Shown here in pieces: positions 23,058 through 36,600 of a stretch of 64,000 nucleotides of DNA. Positions within the stretch are counted from its first letter, which is position 1. Every line of letters starts with the position of its first letter. The translations under genes and the position numbers were made by a program. The notes under the pieces were generated by a model that saw only the letters and a list, made by a program, of their open reading frames with translations, did not search any database and was not told where the DNA came from. The DNA comes from Cycas panzhihuaensis (lineage: Eukaryota > Plantae > Cycadophyta): assembly GCA_023213395.1 (NCBI GenBank), contig CM041465.1:104787741-104851740 (forward strand). The letters run 5' to 3'.

Positions 23058-26000
23058 ATGCTTAATGCATGTACCATAAAATTGACATAATAAGATAATT
23101 ATCAAGAATAGAAAAGGCAAACTCAAAATCTCTTGATAATGAATGGGTTTTGGGGATATATTTCTGGAAAGATCCCCCAATCTATGCCTATGCAAAGTGA
23201 GACTAATGTGAATGTCACTATTGATCCAGATCTAGTTTATGTTATTACTTGGGAATCCAATGATGAAATCACCTTGGCCTTTTTGCGTATGATTATTGAT
23301 GTACATGTTGATCAAAATATTATGTATGCAAAAACTTCAAAGGAAGCTTGGGATACTTTGTCCTCATTATATGAAAAGTGAGATGAAGCCCGCATTATAA
23401 TGGTGAAAACAAAATACTACTCTTTGAAATTTGTAAAGCCTATGTTAGTATTTTTTTTCTTTCATCAAAGAGATTTGTAATGAATTAAATACACTAGGAA
23501 AACCAACTTCTAGAGATAAGCTTATGGCAACAATCATACATGCATTGTTTAAAGATTACAATAGATTCATTTAATCCATTATAGAGAATGGCTCACTTTC
23601 AACTATAACTTTCAATCAACTTGAAAGTTTGTTACTTCAGGAGGAGTAGATCTACCTTAGAGAAGATGATGAGCCATCCACATTAGGAGCATTTACTACC
23701 AAATTAAAGGCCAAACAAAGTCCCAAACTTTTATTCACAAATTTTGGGAACATGAACATTGGCTCATCAAAAGCCAATATTATTTATCATTATTATGGCA
23801 AGACTGTGCACATATCTCCTGAATGTAGAAAGAAGTAAGTTGATCTCTAATAGTAGAGATAACATCAGCTATGTAAGCAACATTAGAGGCAACAACAACA
23901 TCATCAATAGTTCTAGTAGCAACAACACTTTCAGTAATAATAGCAGCAACCCCCTCAACCAAATTAAGGTGCTTATCGAGGAGGTCAAAGAGGAAGGGGG
24001 GGATTTCAGAGGTAGCAACCAATGCCACTCTAATCAATTTGTGGATGGGAATAATCTCTTTTGTGCTTATCTCACATTAGATATTGATTAAACATGGATC
24101 ATCGATTTGGAGGCATCTCGTCATATGACTCGGAGTGAAGAAATCCTTTATAACATCAAAGAAGGAAATGGTTAATCATTGACCTTTGGCAATAAAGAGT
24201 CTATTCAAATATCAAACTTAGGAAAAATTATCTCATTTCATTCTCCCTCAAATCTTTCTTCCATATTTCCCAGTGGAGATGCCTACTTAATTTCTTCCAT
24301 GGAAAAAAGTCTGCTATCTATTAATTAATTAGATAAGTAATAGATGAGTATTTTGTTTAAAAGTGAAAAATGTATCATTGGTGACAAGTATGATCAGGTG
24401 GTGGCCATTGGTCATGAAGACCATGGACTTTATAAGATGGATGCAGATAATGTCATAGTTGATTATGCTTACTCTGTCACTCAATTAATGTCAAAAATGC
24501 AGCTTTGTCATCAATGTCTAAGCTACTTAAGCTTAAACAACATGAAGATGATGATGAATAAAAACATGGTGCATGGGCTTCCAAGACTTTATGGATCAAA
24601 ATATCCTTGTGAAGCTTGTATAATGGGGACATAGCATTAACAACCTTTTCCTAAAGGTAAAGCATGGCATGCATCACATCCCTTATAACTAATTCATTTA
24701 AATCTATGTGGACCTATGTCCATGGCATCCTTTGGAGGGGCATTGTACTACATCTCCTTTATAGATGATTTTTCACACAAAGTTTGAGTTTATTTTATCA
24801 AATAGAAATCTAAATCATTCCAAAAGTTTAAAGAATTCAAACTTGAAGTGGAGAATTCATCTTGCCACTCAATCAAGACTTTAAGGTCAAACAATGGAGG
24901 TGAATTTACTTCAAAGGAATTCATCCAATTCTGTAAGGACAACAACATTCAAAGACAACTCACAATTCTTCATACTCCTTAACAAAATAGAGTCTCCAAA
25001 CGAATAAATAGGAATTTGGCAAATAAAGCCAAAGCCATGATGCATGTAAAAGACTTTCACGAGCATATTGGGTAGAAGCATTACATACAATTAGCTATAT
25101 AGCAAATCAGAGTCCTACATTAGTAGTCATTGATATTACACTAAAGGAGGCTTGGTCTGGTAAGAAGCCTACTGTCAGTTATTTGAGGACATTTGGGTGC
25201 ACTGCATATATACATATCCCTGATCAACAAAGATCTAAATTAGATAAACATAGTATTAAATGTATTTTTGTAGGCTATGCCATTCACAACAAGGCATGCA
25301 AATTGTATGGTCCCACTGGTGAGAAAATGCATCTCTCAAGAGATGTAATCTTTACTAAAGATGAACACAAGGAGTTGGAATCAACATCCATCCAACCTCC
25401 TATTAATAATGACAAAAATATTGTTGAGGATTTCCTTCCCTCTCAATCTTCTACACCATGTACATTATCTACACTGACTAATCCTTCCACATCATTAGAA
25501 TCTACTCCACTTGCAGCACATCTTTTGTTGATCAACCACTTAGACTAAAAGATTTTGAGGTTCAAGTCACATCAGTCAAAAAGTTTTTCAAATGGTATAC
25601 TCAAACTATTCAAGATAGCTAGATTATTGAAGGAAAACATCCATCAAAATATCGACAACAAACCAATTATGTACTTATGGTTGAAGTGTTATGTGTTGAT
25701 GAGCCTTCCACTTTTGAGGAGGCATACATGGATGAATAAATCCATTCCATTTAAAAAAATGGAACTTAGGATTTGGTAGAATTGCTTAAGCATAAATAGG
25801 CAATCAGTTATAAATGGATCTACAAGACCAAATTCCACTCTGATAGGACACTCAAACACCAAAAGGTATGACTTGTTGCAAAGGGCTTCAAACAGAAAGA
25901 AGGCATTGATTATGAGGAGAGTTTTACACCTATTGCAAATATGAATACCATCAGACTTATCTTGGACTTAGTTGCTCAATGCAAATGGCCAGCTTACTAG

Positions 26001-27186
26001 ATGGACGTGAAGAGTGCCTTCCTCAATGGTGATCTTTAAGAGGAGGTATATTTGGAGCAACCTCTTGGTTACAAAGTACAAGGCAAGGAGCATTTGGTTT
26101 TTCACCTCAAAAAGGCTTTGTATGGCTTGAAATAAGCCCCTAAAGCATGGTACTCTAAAATTGATAACAATTTGTTGAGACATGGATATTATCAATCCAT
26201 ATCATATCCTAACTTATACATTAAAGTTAGAAAGGACCATGCCATTTTTATTGTCTTGTATGTTGATGACTTAATGATCACTGGAAATGATATTAAGATG
26301 ATTCAGATTCTCCAATTTAACTTGAAGAGGAGTTTTGAGATGACAAATCTTGGAATTCTGTATTGCATTTTGGGCTTTGAGGTATGGCAACAGTCAGGCT
26401 ATATCTTTATCTCCTAAGAAAAATATTCTTGGGACATTTTACAACAATTCAAAATGCATGACTGCAAACCAATGCCTATGCCTATGTTGAATGGAATAAA
26501 GTTGACTCTCAATGAGGAAGTTGAACCTACTGATTCCACTCTTTTCTGGTAACTAGTTAGTAGCCTAATCTACCTCACCAACACTAGACCAGACATTTCA
26601 TTTGCCATTGGGATTTGTTCCAAGTACATGTCTCACCCCAATTAGAAACATTGGAATGCAACTAAACACCTATTAAAATATATTAAAGGTATATTGCAGC
26701 ATAGCCTTCAATATGTACATAATGAAAACTTTATCTTGGAAAGATTCTCAAATTTTAATTGGGCAAGATGCCAAGATAGTTGGATATCAACCTCGAGATA
26801 TTGTTTTACCATTGGTTCTAGAGTCATTTCATGGAGTTGTAAAAAGCAACCAAATGTTATCTTATTCTCCATGGAAGCAAAGTATAAAGCTACAGTCAGC
26901 ACAACTTGTGAGGCTATATGACTTTAATGAATTCTTAGAGAGCTTGGACTTGAGTAGGATCACCCCACTAGGCTATATTGTGATAATCAGAGTGTGCTCA
27001 AATTAACCAAGAATCTTATTTTTTATACATAGACCAAACACAGAGATTCATCACCACTTCATCAGAGAGCATGTTTAGAATGGTGAAATCAACCTCCATT
27101 ATAGACCTACAAAGCAGTAGATAGCAGATATCTTTACCAAGCTACTTAGTAGATAAAAGTTAAAAAAATTTAGAGAAGGTCTAGGG
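23058..27186 (+). pseudogene. Decayed gag-pol of E4 (last codons resume at 31833)
   Basis: Gag KTSKEAWDTL with a Gln-rich tail, protease WIID, integrase, RT YVDDLM, RNase H. Many stops and frameshifts. Confidence 0.9.
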
Positions 27187-27739
27187 TGCTAAACCTTATG
27201 TTTACATGTTAAGATAATGTACTTTTATTTTCATATAATATGTGTACTTTTTACTTTAGGGGTGACTTATCACTTAAGTGATAAAGTGCACACCCACATT
27301 CTTTCTAGTGACACAACGTTATCACTAAAGGGTCAAATAGACTCTCATGTATTTTTGCTCACATGAGAGCCCAAAAGGACACATATCCTACATGCAAGGC
27401 ATGTATCTTGGATGTTTGATACTTGTCAAGCATCCAAGGCCTTAGGTCTCTTATCTCACTTTATATAATAAGACCTCTTCTCATTGTCTCACAAGAGAGT
27501 TGGAGCTATATTATTATGCTGTCAGTTTACTAATCAAACTGTTCATTCTTTAGAGGTTGGACCAATTCCAACTCCACATATTGGGTATTATTTTCTCTTG
27601 CTCCTTCATTTGTGCTTTGTCTCTTTAATCTCTATTTTCCTTGATAATATTATACTTGTTTATATTTCTACAACTAGAACTAGAGTAATCCTAGTTTCTA
27701 GATCTTGGGACTGTTGAGGCCATCTAGCCTCTTTTCACA
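27187..27739 (+). repeat. 5' LTR of E5
   Basis: TG...CA, direct repeat of 31278-31827. Confidence 0.95.
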
Positions 27740-28148
27740 TTTGGTATCAGAGCAAGAGGAGACTAGCTCCCTCTGTTCTGGTTTGTAGCTGCTCAAGGAG
27801 ATTTGAAGAAAGCTACAAACCCTTGGTGATGACCTTCACACTCTGAAGGCGATCCAAGGTTTGTTTTGAAGATTTTTTTTATAGGTTCAAGCTTTTGGAG
27901 CTACATTTGCAGGCTAGAGCAAGTACATTTCAGATCTGAATTTTTTTTTCAGACTTTTATCTAAAGTGCAACACTCACTATTTTTCCAAAAATAGTGATT
28001 CCCTTAATTTTTTCTTTAAAAAAAATTAATTTTTTATAAATTCAAGCAGATCTCAGGAGTTACATGTGTTGTTTTTTACTGAAAATTAGTTTTTTAATCA
28101 CTCCATTCAAACTTCACTTTATTTACAAAGATTCCTTACTATTCTGGG

Positions 28149-31100
28149 CCATGACTGGAAGTGAAGAGTTCCTCACCAACATTAAGGAAGGCAAAGGTCA
28201 ATCAGTGACCTTTGGGAATAATCAATCTATCAAAATTTCTAGAGTAGGCACAATAACTCTATTTTCTTCTTCATCAAATCCTTCCTCCACATTTTCTGAT
28301 GGTAATACCTATTTAATACCTTCAATGGACAAAAACTTACTATCTATTAGAAAGTTGGACAAGCAACAGATGAGTGTATTATTCAGAAATGGAAAATGTA
28401 TAATTAGTGACAAAGAAGACCAAGTACTAGCTGTTGGCTATGAGGATCAAGGCCTCTACAAGTTGGATGCAAATAATATAACACTTGATTCTACTTACTC
28501 TAGTTCCATTATCACTCCTTACTTGTCCAAGATGCAACTTTGGCATCAACGTCTAGGCCATTTGAGCTTAGACAATTTGAGGCAGATGATCAATAAGAAC
28601 ATGGTATATGGGCTTCCAAAGATCTATGGAACAAAATGTCTTTGTGAAGTGTGTATTATGGGAACTCAACATCGCTTGCCTTTCCCTAAAGGTAAAGCGT
28701 GGCGTGCATCACATCCTCTGCAGTTGGTACCTTCAGATTTGTGCGAACCTATGACCACAACATCTTTTAGAGGAGCTTTGTATTACATCTCCTTCATTGA
28801 TGACTTTTCTCACAAAGTGTGGGTCTATTTCATCAAACACAAATCTGAAGTATTTTCTAAGTTCAAAGAATTCAAGCTTGAAGTGGAAAATGAGTCTGGC
28901 TACTCAATCAAAACATTCAGGACAGATAATGGAAGTGAATTTATATCAAATGAATTCACACAATACTGCAAGGATAACGGCATTCAGAGACAACTAACTA
29001 TACCTCACACTCCTCAACAAAATGGAGTCTCCAAACGAATGAACAGAACTTTGGCCAATAAAGCCAAAGCTATGATGCATGTACAAGGACTCACTCGAGC
29101 TTACTGGGCAGAAGCATTTCACACAGTTGCCTATATGGCCAATCGCAGTCCTATTACAAAAGTCACCAACATGACACCCGAGGAGGCATGGTCTGGCAAA
29201 AAGCCTACTGTCAGCTATTTGAGGACTTTTGGGTGCACTGCTTATATGCACATTCCTGATCAGCAAAGGAAGAAATTAGACAAGCATAGTCTGGAATGCA
29301 TCTTTATAGGTTATGCCATTCACAGCAAAGCCTACAAGTTGTATGATCCTATAGGGAAGAAAATGCATCTCTCAAGATATGTCATCTTTGCTAAAGAAGA
29401 TCACAAGGAGCTACAAACAACATCCATGCAACCTCCCGTTGACAAAGGCAAGAAGATTGTTGAGGCCTTCCTTCCCTCTCAATCCTCTATACCATGTTCA
29501 TCATCTGCACTAGTTGGACCGTCTACTTCAATTGAATTTGCTCCACTTGATCCAAGCACATCTTCTGTTGACGAACCACTTACATCAGAAGATCTTGAGG
29601 TTCAAGTAACTTCAATTCAAAAGTTACCCAAATGGTACACACAAACAGTTCAGGGCGGTCTCATTATTGAAGGAAAACATCCATCTAAATACCGACAACA
29701 AACCAATTATGCACTTATGGCTGAAGTGCTTTGTGTTGATGAGCCTTCCACTTTTAAGGAGGCTTCTAAAAATAAAAATTGGAAGGCTACCATGGATGAA
29801 GAAATCCATTCTATTGAAAATAGTGGAACTTGGAATTTGGTTGAATTGCCTAAACACAGACAGGCAATCAGTTACAAATGGGTCTACAAGACCAAATTCC
29901 ATTCTGATGGTTCACTTAAAAGGCAGAAGGCTCGCCTTGTAGCAAAAAGATTTAAACAAAAAGAAGGCATAGACTATGAAGAAACTTTTGCACCAGTGGC
30001 AAATATGAATAGTATTAAACTCATTTTGGCCTTAGCTGCTCAATGCAAATGGCTTGTTTATCAGATGGACGTAAATAGCACATTTCTTAATGGCGATCTT
30101 TAGGAGGAGGTGTATTTGGAGCAACCTCCCGGATACAAAGTACAAGGTAAGGAGCATTTTGTATATCGTCTAAAAAAGATGTTATATAGCTTGAAGCAAG
30201 CTCCAAGGGCATGGTACTCGAAGATCGATGACTACTTCTTGAGACATGGGTTTCATCGATCTACTTCAGATCCTAATCTGTATATAAAAAATGAAACGAA
30301 CCATGTAATTTTTATTTCTTTGTATGTTGATGACTTAGTGATCACTGATAGTGACACTAAGATGATTCACGTTCTCCAAGATGACTTGAAGAGAAGTTTC
30401 GAGATGACAGATCTTGGACTTCTCCATTATTTTTTAGGCTTTGAGATATGGCAATAGGCAGACTATATCTTCATTTCCCAAGCGAAATATTCTTGGGACA
30501 TTTTGCAACAGTTCAGGATGCACGACTGCAAAACAACTCCTACACCTATAGAGAATGGATCTAAGCTTACTCTCAATGAGGAAGCTGCACTAGGAGATCC
30601 CACACTTTACCGGAAGTTGATTGGGAGTCTCATTTATCTCACCAACACTTGACTGGACATTTCATTTGCTATTGGGATTTGCTCACATTACATGTCTCAA
30701 CCTAATCAGATACACTGGAATGCAGCCAAACACATACTTAAGTATATCAAAAGCACATTGCAATATGGCTTTGAGTATGCACATAATGAGAACTTCACTC
30801 TGGAAGGGTTCTCAGATTCTGATTGGGCAGGTTGCCAAGATAGTAGGAGATCAACCTCGGAATACTATTTTTCCCTTGGTTCAGCAGTTGTTTCATGGAG
30901 TTGCAAGAAGCAACCCAATGTTACCTTGTCCTCCACCGAAGTAGAGTACAAAGCTATAGTCAGCGCAACTTGTGAGGCTATCTGACTACGACAGATTCTT
31001 GGGGAACTTGGACTTAAGCAGGGTCACCCCACTAGGATATATTGCGACAATCAAAGTGTGCTCAAGTTAGCTAAGAATCCAGTCTTTCATGCACGTACAA

Positions 31101-31280
31101 AACACATTGAGGTTCACCATCACTTCATCAGAGAGCATGTTCAGAATGGTGAGATCAACCTCGAAAGAGACCAACGGAGGAGCGAGTGACATACATCTTT
31201 ACTAAGCCTCTTGGTAGAGAAAAGTTTGTAAAATTCAGAGATGGTCTTAGTGTCCGACTTAACATTGTAAGGGGGGGTGT
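28149..31280 (+). pseudogene. pol of E5 (partial protease, integrase, RT, RNase H) with few lesions
   Basis: The 679-aa ORF 28064-30103 carries LWHQRLGH, CEVC, RTDNGSEF, QQNGVSKRMN and KARLVAK. It continues past TAG stops to YVDD and GFSDSDWAG. The first ~28 codons of the called ORF are leader sequence. Confidence 0.93.
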
Positions 31281-31827
31281 TAAACCTTATGTTTACATGT
31301 TAAGATAATGTACTTTTATTTTTATATAGTATGTGTACTTTTTACTTTAGGGGTGACTTATCACTTAAGTGATAAAGTGCACACCCACATTCTTTCTAGT
31401 GACACAACGTTGTCACTAAAAGGTCAAATGGACTCTCATGCATTTTTGCTCACATGAGCACCCAAAAGGACACATGTCCTACATGCAAGGCATGTATCTT
31501 GGATGTTTGATACCTGTCAAACATCTAAGGCCTTAGGTCTCTTATCTCACTTTATATAATGAGACCTCTTCTCATTGTCTCACAAGAGAGTTAGAGCTAT
31601 ATTATTATGTTGTCAGTTTACTAATCAAACTGTTCATTCTTTAGAGGTTGGACCAATTCCAACTCCACATATTGGGTATTATTTTCTCTTGCTCAATTTG
31701 TGCTTTGTCTCTTTAATCTCTATTTTCCTTGAGAATATTATACTTGTTTGTATTTCTACAACTAGAACTAGAGTAATCCTAGTTTCTAGATCTTGGGACT
31801 GTTGAGGCCATCTAGCCTCTTTTCACA
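31278..31827 (+). repeat. 3' LTR of E5
   Basis: Direct repeat of 27187-27739, followed by TAGGG. Confidence 0.95.
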
Positions 31828-31864
31828 TAGGGATCCAGTTTAACATTGTAAATAGTAAGGGGGG

Positions 31865-32410
31865 TGTTAAACCCTATGTTTATAAGTTAAGTATATGTTC
31901 TTTATTTTCATGTATATTTGTACTTTATGGGTTGACTTATCACTTAGGTAATAAAATGTACACCCATATTCTTTCCTAGTGACATAACTTTATGATTTAA
32001 GAGTCAAAATGACCCTTATGTACTTTTGCTCACTTGAGAGCCCAAAAGAACACATGTCCTAAATGCAAAGGATGTAGTTTGGATATTGGACACTTATCAA
32101 ACATCTAGCACCTTAGGTCTCTTCTATAACTCTATATATTGAGACCACTTATCATGTATCTCATATAGAGTATAAGTAGTATTGTTATGTTGTCAGTTTG
32201 ATAATCAAACTTCTATTCATTTGGAGATTGGACTAATTCCATCTTCTCCATATTTTGGTATCATCTTGCTCATGCTCTTTCATGTTTTCGTCTTTTGTCT
32301 TGCTTATTTTGAGTAGCTTTTATTATTCATGTTGATCTTCTTTATTCTAGAACTAGATTAGAATGTCTTTCTAGATCCTGGTTAATGTAGGCTAAATGCC
32401 ATCTTTAACA
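31865..32410 (+). repeat. 3' LTR of E4
   Basis: Direct repeat of 20416-20934, preceded by a PPT. Confidence 0.93.
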
Positions 32411-33694
32411 TAAGAAGTGAGCACTCAAGGTCTATAGTGAGATAATTATGACTAGTTAAATCTTCCTTCTTTATCTATACTTCATTTTCCTAAAGAGAAC
32501 AAGGACCATAATCATAATATGCTATTCTTTCCATAATAGATAGGAGAAAGTGACATTTGTATTTTCATGTTTGAGGTAGAGATCTTCTCCAAAGACAATA
32601 ATTATTTAAACCACATATTTGGATATTTATTAAATACACCCAGGACCTAAAATAATGACCTGGTTTATTAAAGAAATAGCTTTCGAAAACAAGTTTCTAA
32701 AGGTTGATCAAGTGAGAAGTCAACCTTCATTTCCCTAACATATGGGAGTTCATGATGGTAGGGCCTTAGTGCTTTCTCTACTAGCAATTGGCATTGGTAC
32801 ACTTAGAATTATATTTTATGAAAAGTAATGCCATGACAATTTTCTAGCAAGGAAGGCTTGGTGGAAATTCTGCGATACTGATATTTCATATGAAATGACA
32901 AATAGAACAAGGTTAGCCTCTTGATAACTATGTTAGTGTTGAACATATAAGTCCTTATATGAAATTGAATATCATTGGTATCTTATGAGGATATTATCAA
33001 TATATCCAAATACATTACATTCATTTAATTGTATAATGTTCACCTACTTGTACAATACTAGGGGTCACTAGATGGGTCAAAACAATCCACATTGGTTGAA
33101 TATTTTTCGGAAGAGCAATTTAGATGATAATTATATTTTACATTGATCTTATAGTTATAATACATACATCTCATCTTACAAATATCTATTGTGTTCTTTA
33201 TTTATAGTTAACTTTTTGCCCTTTTTATGATGCTTCATTCAGGCCCTTAATTTTATCATGTGCCATCCCAATGCTATTATGTCATCTCTTTTTTATGTTA
33301 TATACATTTCCTCTAAATTTTGTATATATTGGGTAAATGATTTAAGCATGTCTAGATTAAGAAAGTATCATATAACCCATTCCATCTTAAGATAAAATTT
33401 AGTTGATCTTACATATCAATTATCACATTTTCTTAGTTCTTGCTTTTGATTTTTTAGTTGTCACTTTAGGTTTATTTATAGATTTACAATTACCTACACA
33501 AGATTTTGCTAAGATTCAGTTGACTTTCAATTAAGTAAATCAACTATCTATAGAAATTCTTCTAGTTATTATACATTTAATACATATAAATCTATAATGC
33601 TAATTAATTATTCCTTTATAACATTTTTTTTACCACTATACCTTAATTTTGACTCCTAAAAATTAATTAATGATTTATTTGTTAGGGAGTATGA

Positions 33695-36600
33695 TGTGAG
33701 TTTAAAACCATGAATGAGCTAATAAGGAGTTATGAACACAAGAAATTTTCAAGTATGATTACTCTACCTTCAAACATTTCCATTCATTAAGAATTACTCG
33801 ATGCATATACACAAGCCAGTATACATATTAATACAAGTGGGATTGATGATGGTCCAATAATGACCTGCAACTACCCTAACACATGTTACACACCCATTAC
33901 AAACTTGTATAACTCCTAAGAAATGTGTCATAAATGAAATGATGACCCTCTGAGTCACCAAAATAACCAAACACCTATTAGGACTCACAATCTAAATTTT
34001 GACCTAATAGAGTACACACTAATTGTAACACTCCCCTTTAATGTTTACATCATTGGCTTTGACACCAATATAAAATTTGAATTTATCAAATTTATCTTTA
34101 AATAAAGACTTGGTAAAAGTATCTGCCAACTACTTTTTGATAGGCTTATATACGAGCTCAACCTCTTTATTTTAGATCTTCTCCTAGATATAGTGTACCT
34201 CATCATGTTTGGTCTAAATATGGAACACTGAATTCTTGACAATATTTAATGTACTCAAATTATCACAATACAATGTAGTTGTTTCATCTTGATAAAGTCC
34301 CAAATCATCAAGGACCCATCTCAACCAAATGACGTCATAAGTTTTTGTAACAACAACTTTATGCTCTACCTTAGTAGATGGCAATACAACATTTAATTAC
34401 TTCTTACTACTCTAAGAGATAATAATAGAATTCAAATTAAAGTAATAACTTCAGATGGACCTTCTGTTGTTAATATATTTGGATTAATTAGAATTTGAAT
34501 ATCCTTCTAACTTGAAATTGTTATTTTAGCTGAACTCCAATACATAGTGCAAAGTTAACTATAAATATCTAAAGATCCTTTTTATAGTTTTTCAATAACT
34601 CTACTTTAATATTGGTATAAATCTTAATACTATTCTAATTACAAATAAAATATCAAGCCTAGTTATAATTGAGTTAATTAAACTACAAATTGATTACCTA
34701 TATAGAGTACCATCTATTTGGTCATCATCATCTTGTGCTAATAATTTTGAACCTGTCTCTATAGGCATTGGAGTAGGTTTGTAGTCCTCCATTATGAATT
34801 TCTTTAGAATCTCTGATGCATACTTAGCCTATGAAATCATGATACTCGTAAGCTTTTGCCAAATTTCTACTTCAAAAAAATAGTGTACTCCCAGATCTAT
34901 CATATTACATATTTTTTTCAAATCATTTTTTAGGTCTTTAAACTTTCAAGTATCATTACTAGTGATCACTAGATCATCTACATATAAAATTACAAAGATG
35001 ATTGAACGCTTACCTTCAACTTTGATGTAAATGTTTGAATCAATTAGCTTTCTCAAACTTATTTTGTAAAACTGTAGAATCTTAGGCTCTTGGAGCCTAC
35101 TTCAAGCCATGCAAAACTTTTCTTAAGCAAAATATAAGGCATTCTTTTTCTTTTGTAATATATCCATGTGGTTGCTCTATATAAACTTCCTCCATAAGAT
35201 CTCCATTAAGGAAGGCACTCTCAACATCAAGTTGGTGCAACTACCGTTTGAACTAAGTAATTATTACTAGTATCAGTTTAATAATCACTTTCTTTGTTAC
35301 TATAACAAATGTTTCCTAGTAATTAATACCTTCTATCTACTTAAAACCCTTTGCAACCAATTTAGCTTTGTATTTATCAACACAACTATCTAATTTGAAT
35401 TTACTCTTGTAGACCCATTTATAACTAATTGATTGCTTATATATTGGCAATTTAACCAAGCCCCAAGTATTATTTTGTTTCACAGCGTAGATTTCAACAT
35501 CCATCCTTATTCTCCACTTTTATTCATGGCAGGCCTTCTCAAAACTTGAAGGCTCATCAACGTTAAGCACATCTATCATTAAAGAAAAGTTGACCATTTT
35601 AGGTCTCATATTCTTGACTTGCACTTACCTTCAATTTCGAGTAGTTGATCTTTTGCTATGGTTTTCAAATACCATTTAGGGAGTTTCTTTGTATGTAGAG
35701 TGATCTTAGGTTGTATTTTAGGCCACGATTCTTCAAACTAAGGATCTTGATACTCCTCCTCCTCACCTTTTAGTTTAGCTTAGCAGAAATCACAATTGCA
35801 ATAGATATAATCCCCAAGGCAAAGAGCTTGTCTAATGATGAGTATTGTAGTTCAAATAATTCATAAGGAAACATTCTTAGTATAACAAATACAATGCTTC
35901 TATTGGAAGTTTATTTCGACAACAATATAATCAAATTCAACAAAGATGGTTGACATTATTAAAGTTAACTTAATAATATAAACTGTTATTTTGAGTTAAT
36001 GAAGGCAATCGATAAAGATAGAGAAAGGTAAACATAATGTCAAAAGAATGAGCTATGTAAAGTCAACAATGGTGAATGATTATGGTAATGAGTAACATGA
36101 TGGGGCGGGATCTCTAAAGTCCACAAAGCTAAGCATAATCAAAGTTGAGTCTATGGAGATTAATTGACAAAGATCACATAAGTGATACTCATAACATTAA
36201 AGAAGATTTAAGCAAGAGGTGCATTCAAATGGTGTTATAGATACATACTTCAACAAGCAATAAATCCAAGTGATGAAGATCATAATGCATCTACTAATGA
36301 AGGATGAAAAGTCAAAGGCATTCAAATGATAAAGGGTTTAATCAAACAAGTGAAGAAGTCACTTAATGTTAGCACTAGAAATGAGGGGTAATATGATAAA
36401 TGTTGCTAATGATAATAAAAGTGAGAACACTACTAATAAGGCAAATGATGATGTTGATAAGCTTGGGAATATAATGTCAAATCAATAAAAGAATATAGTG
36501 CCTCGTACAGATCATGATAGAAGATTTCACCTTGGTAAGGCCATTGATATAGGGCTTTTGAAAAACTTGCTAACATTGTTAATAAGGAATATGAGATGCT

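Larger units (their letters stand above)
27187..31827 (+). mobile_element. Nested Gag-less Ty1/copia element E5 (relative of E4)
   Basis: LTRs 27187-27739 and 31278-31827 (about 96% identical by eye). Perfect PBS TGGTATCAGAGC 27742-27753. PPT 31269-31277. Perfect TSD TAGGG (27182-27186 / 31828-31832). Confidence 0.96.
20416..32410 (+). mobile_element. Ty1/copia element E4, interrupted by nested E5
   Basis: LTRs 20416-20934 and 31865-32410. PBS tggtatcaaagc 20937-20948. PPT aagggggg about 31857-31864. TSD TAAGG/TAAGA (4/5). 5' leader about 2.1 kb. Confidence 0.93.

Noticed and set aside
28064-30103. 679-aa ORF as a functional or domesticated host gene
   Set aside because: It is copia pol inside an LTR pair, starts in leader sequence and is cut by a stop before the YVDD motif.
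27484-31805. Duplicated 77/76-aa ORF (27484-27717 and 31575-31805) suggesting a small gene pair
   Set aside because: Both lie inside the two LTRs of E5, start at TTG and have no recognisable motif. The duplication is explained by LTR identity.
32450-33100. Possible host exons on the minus strand
   Set aside because: The frames I read contain stops and I recognise no protein family or clear splice pair.
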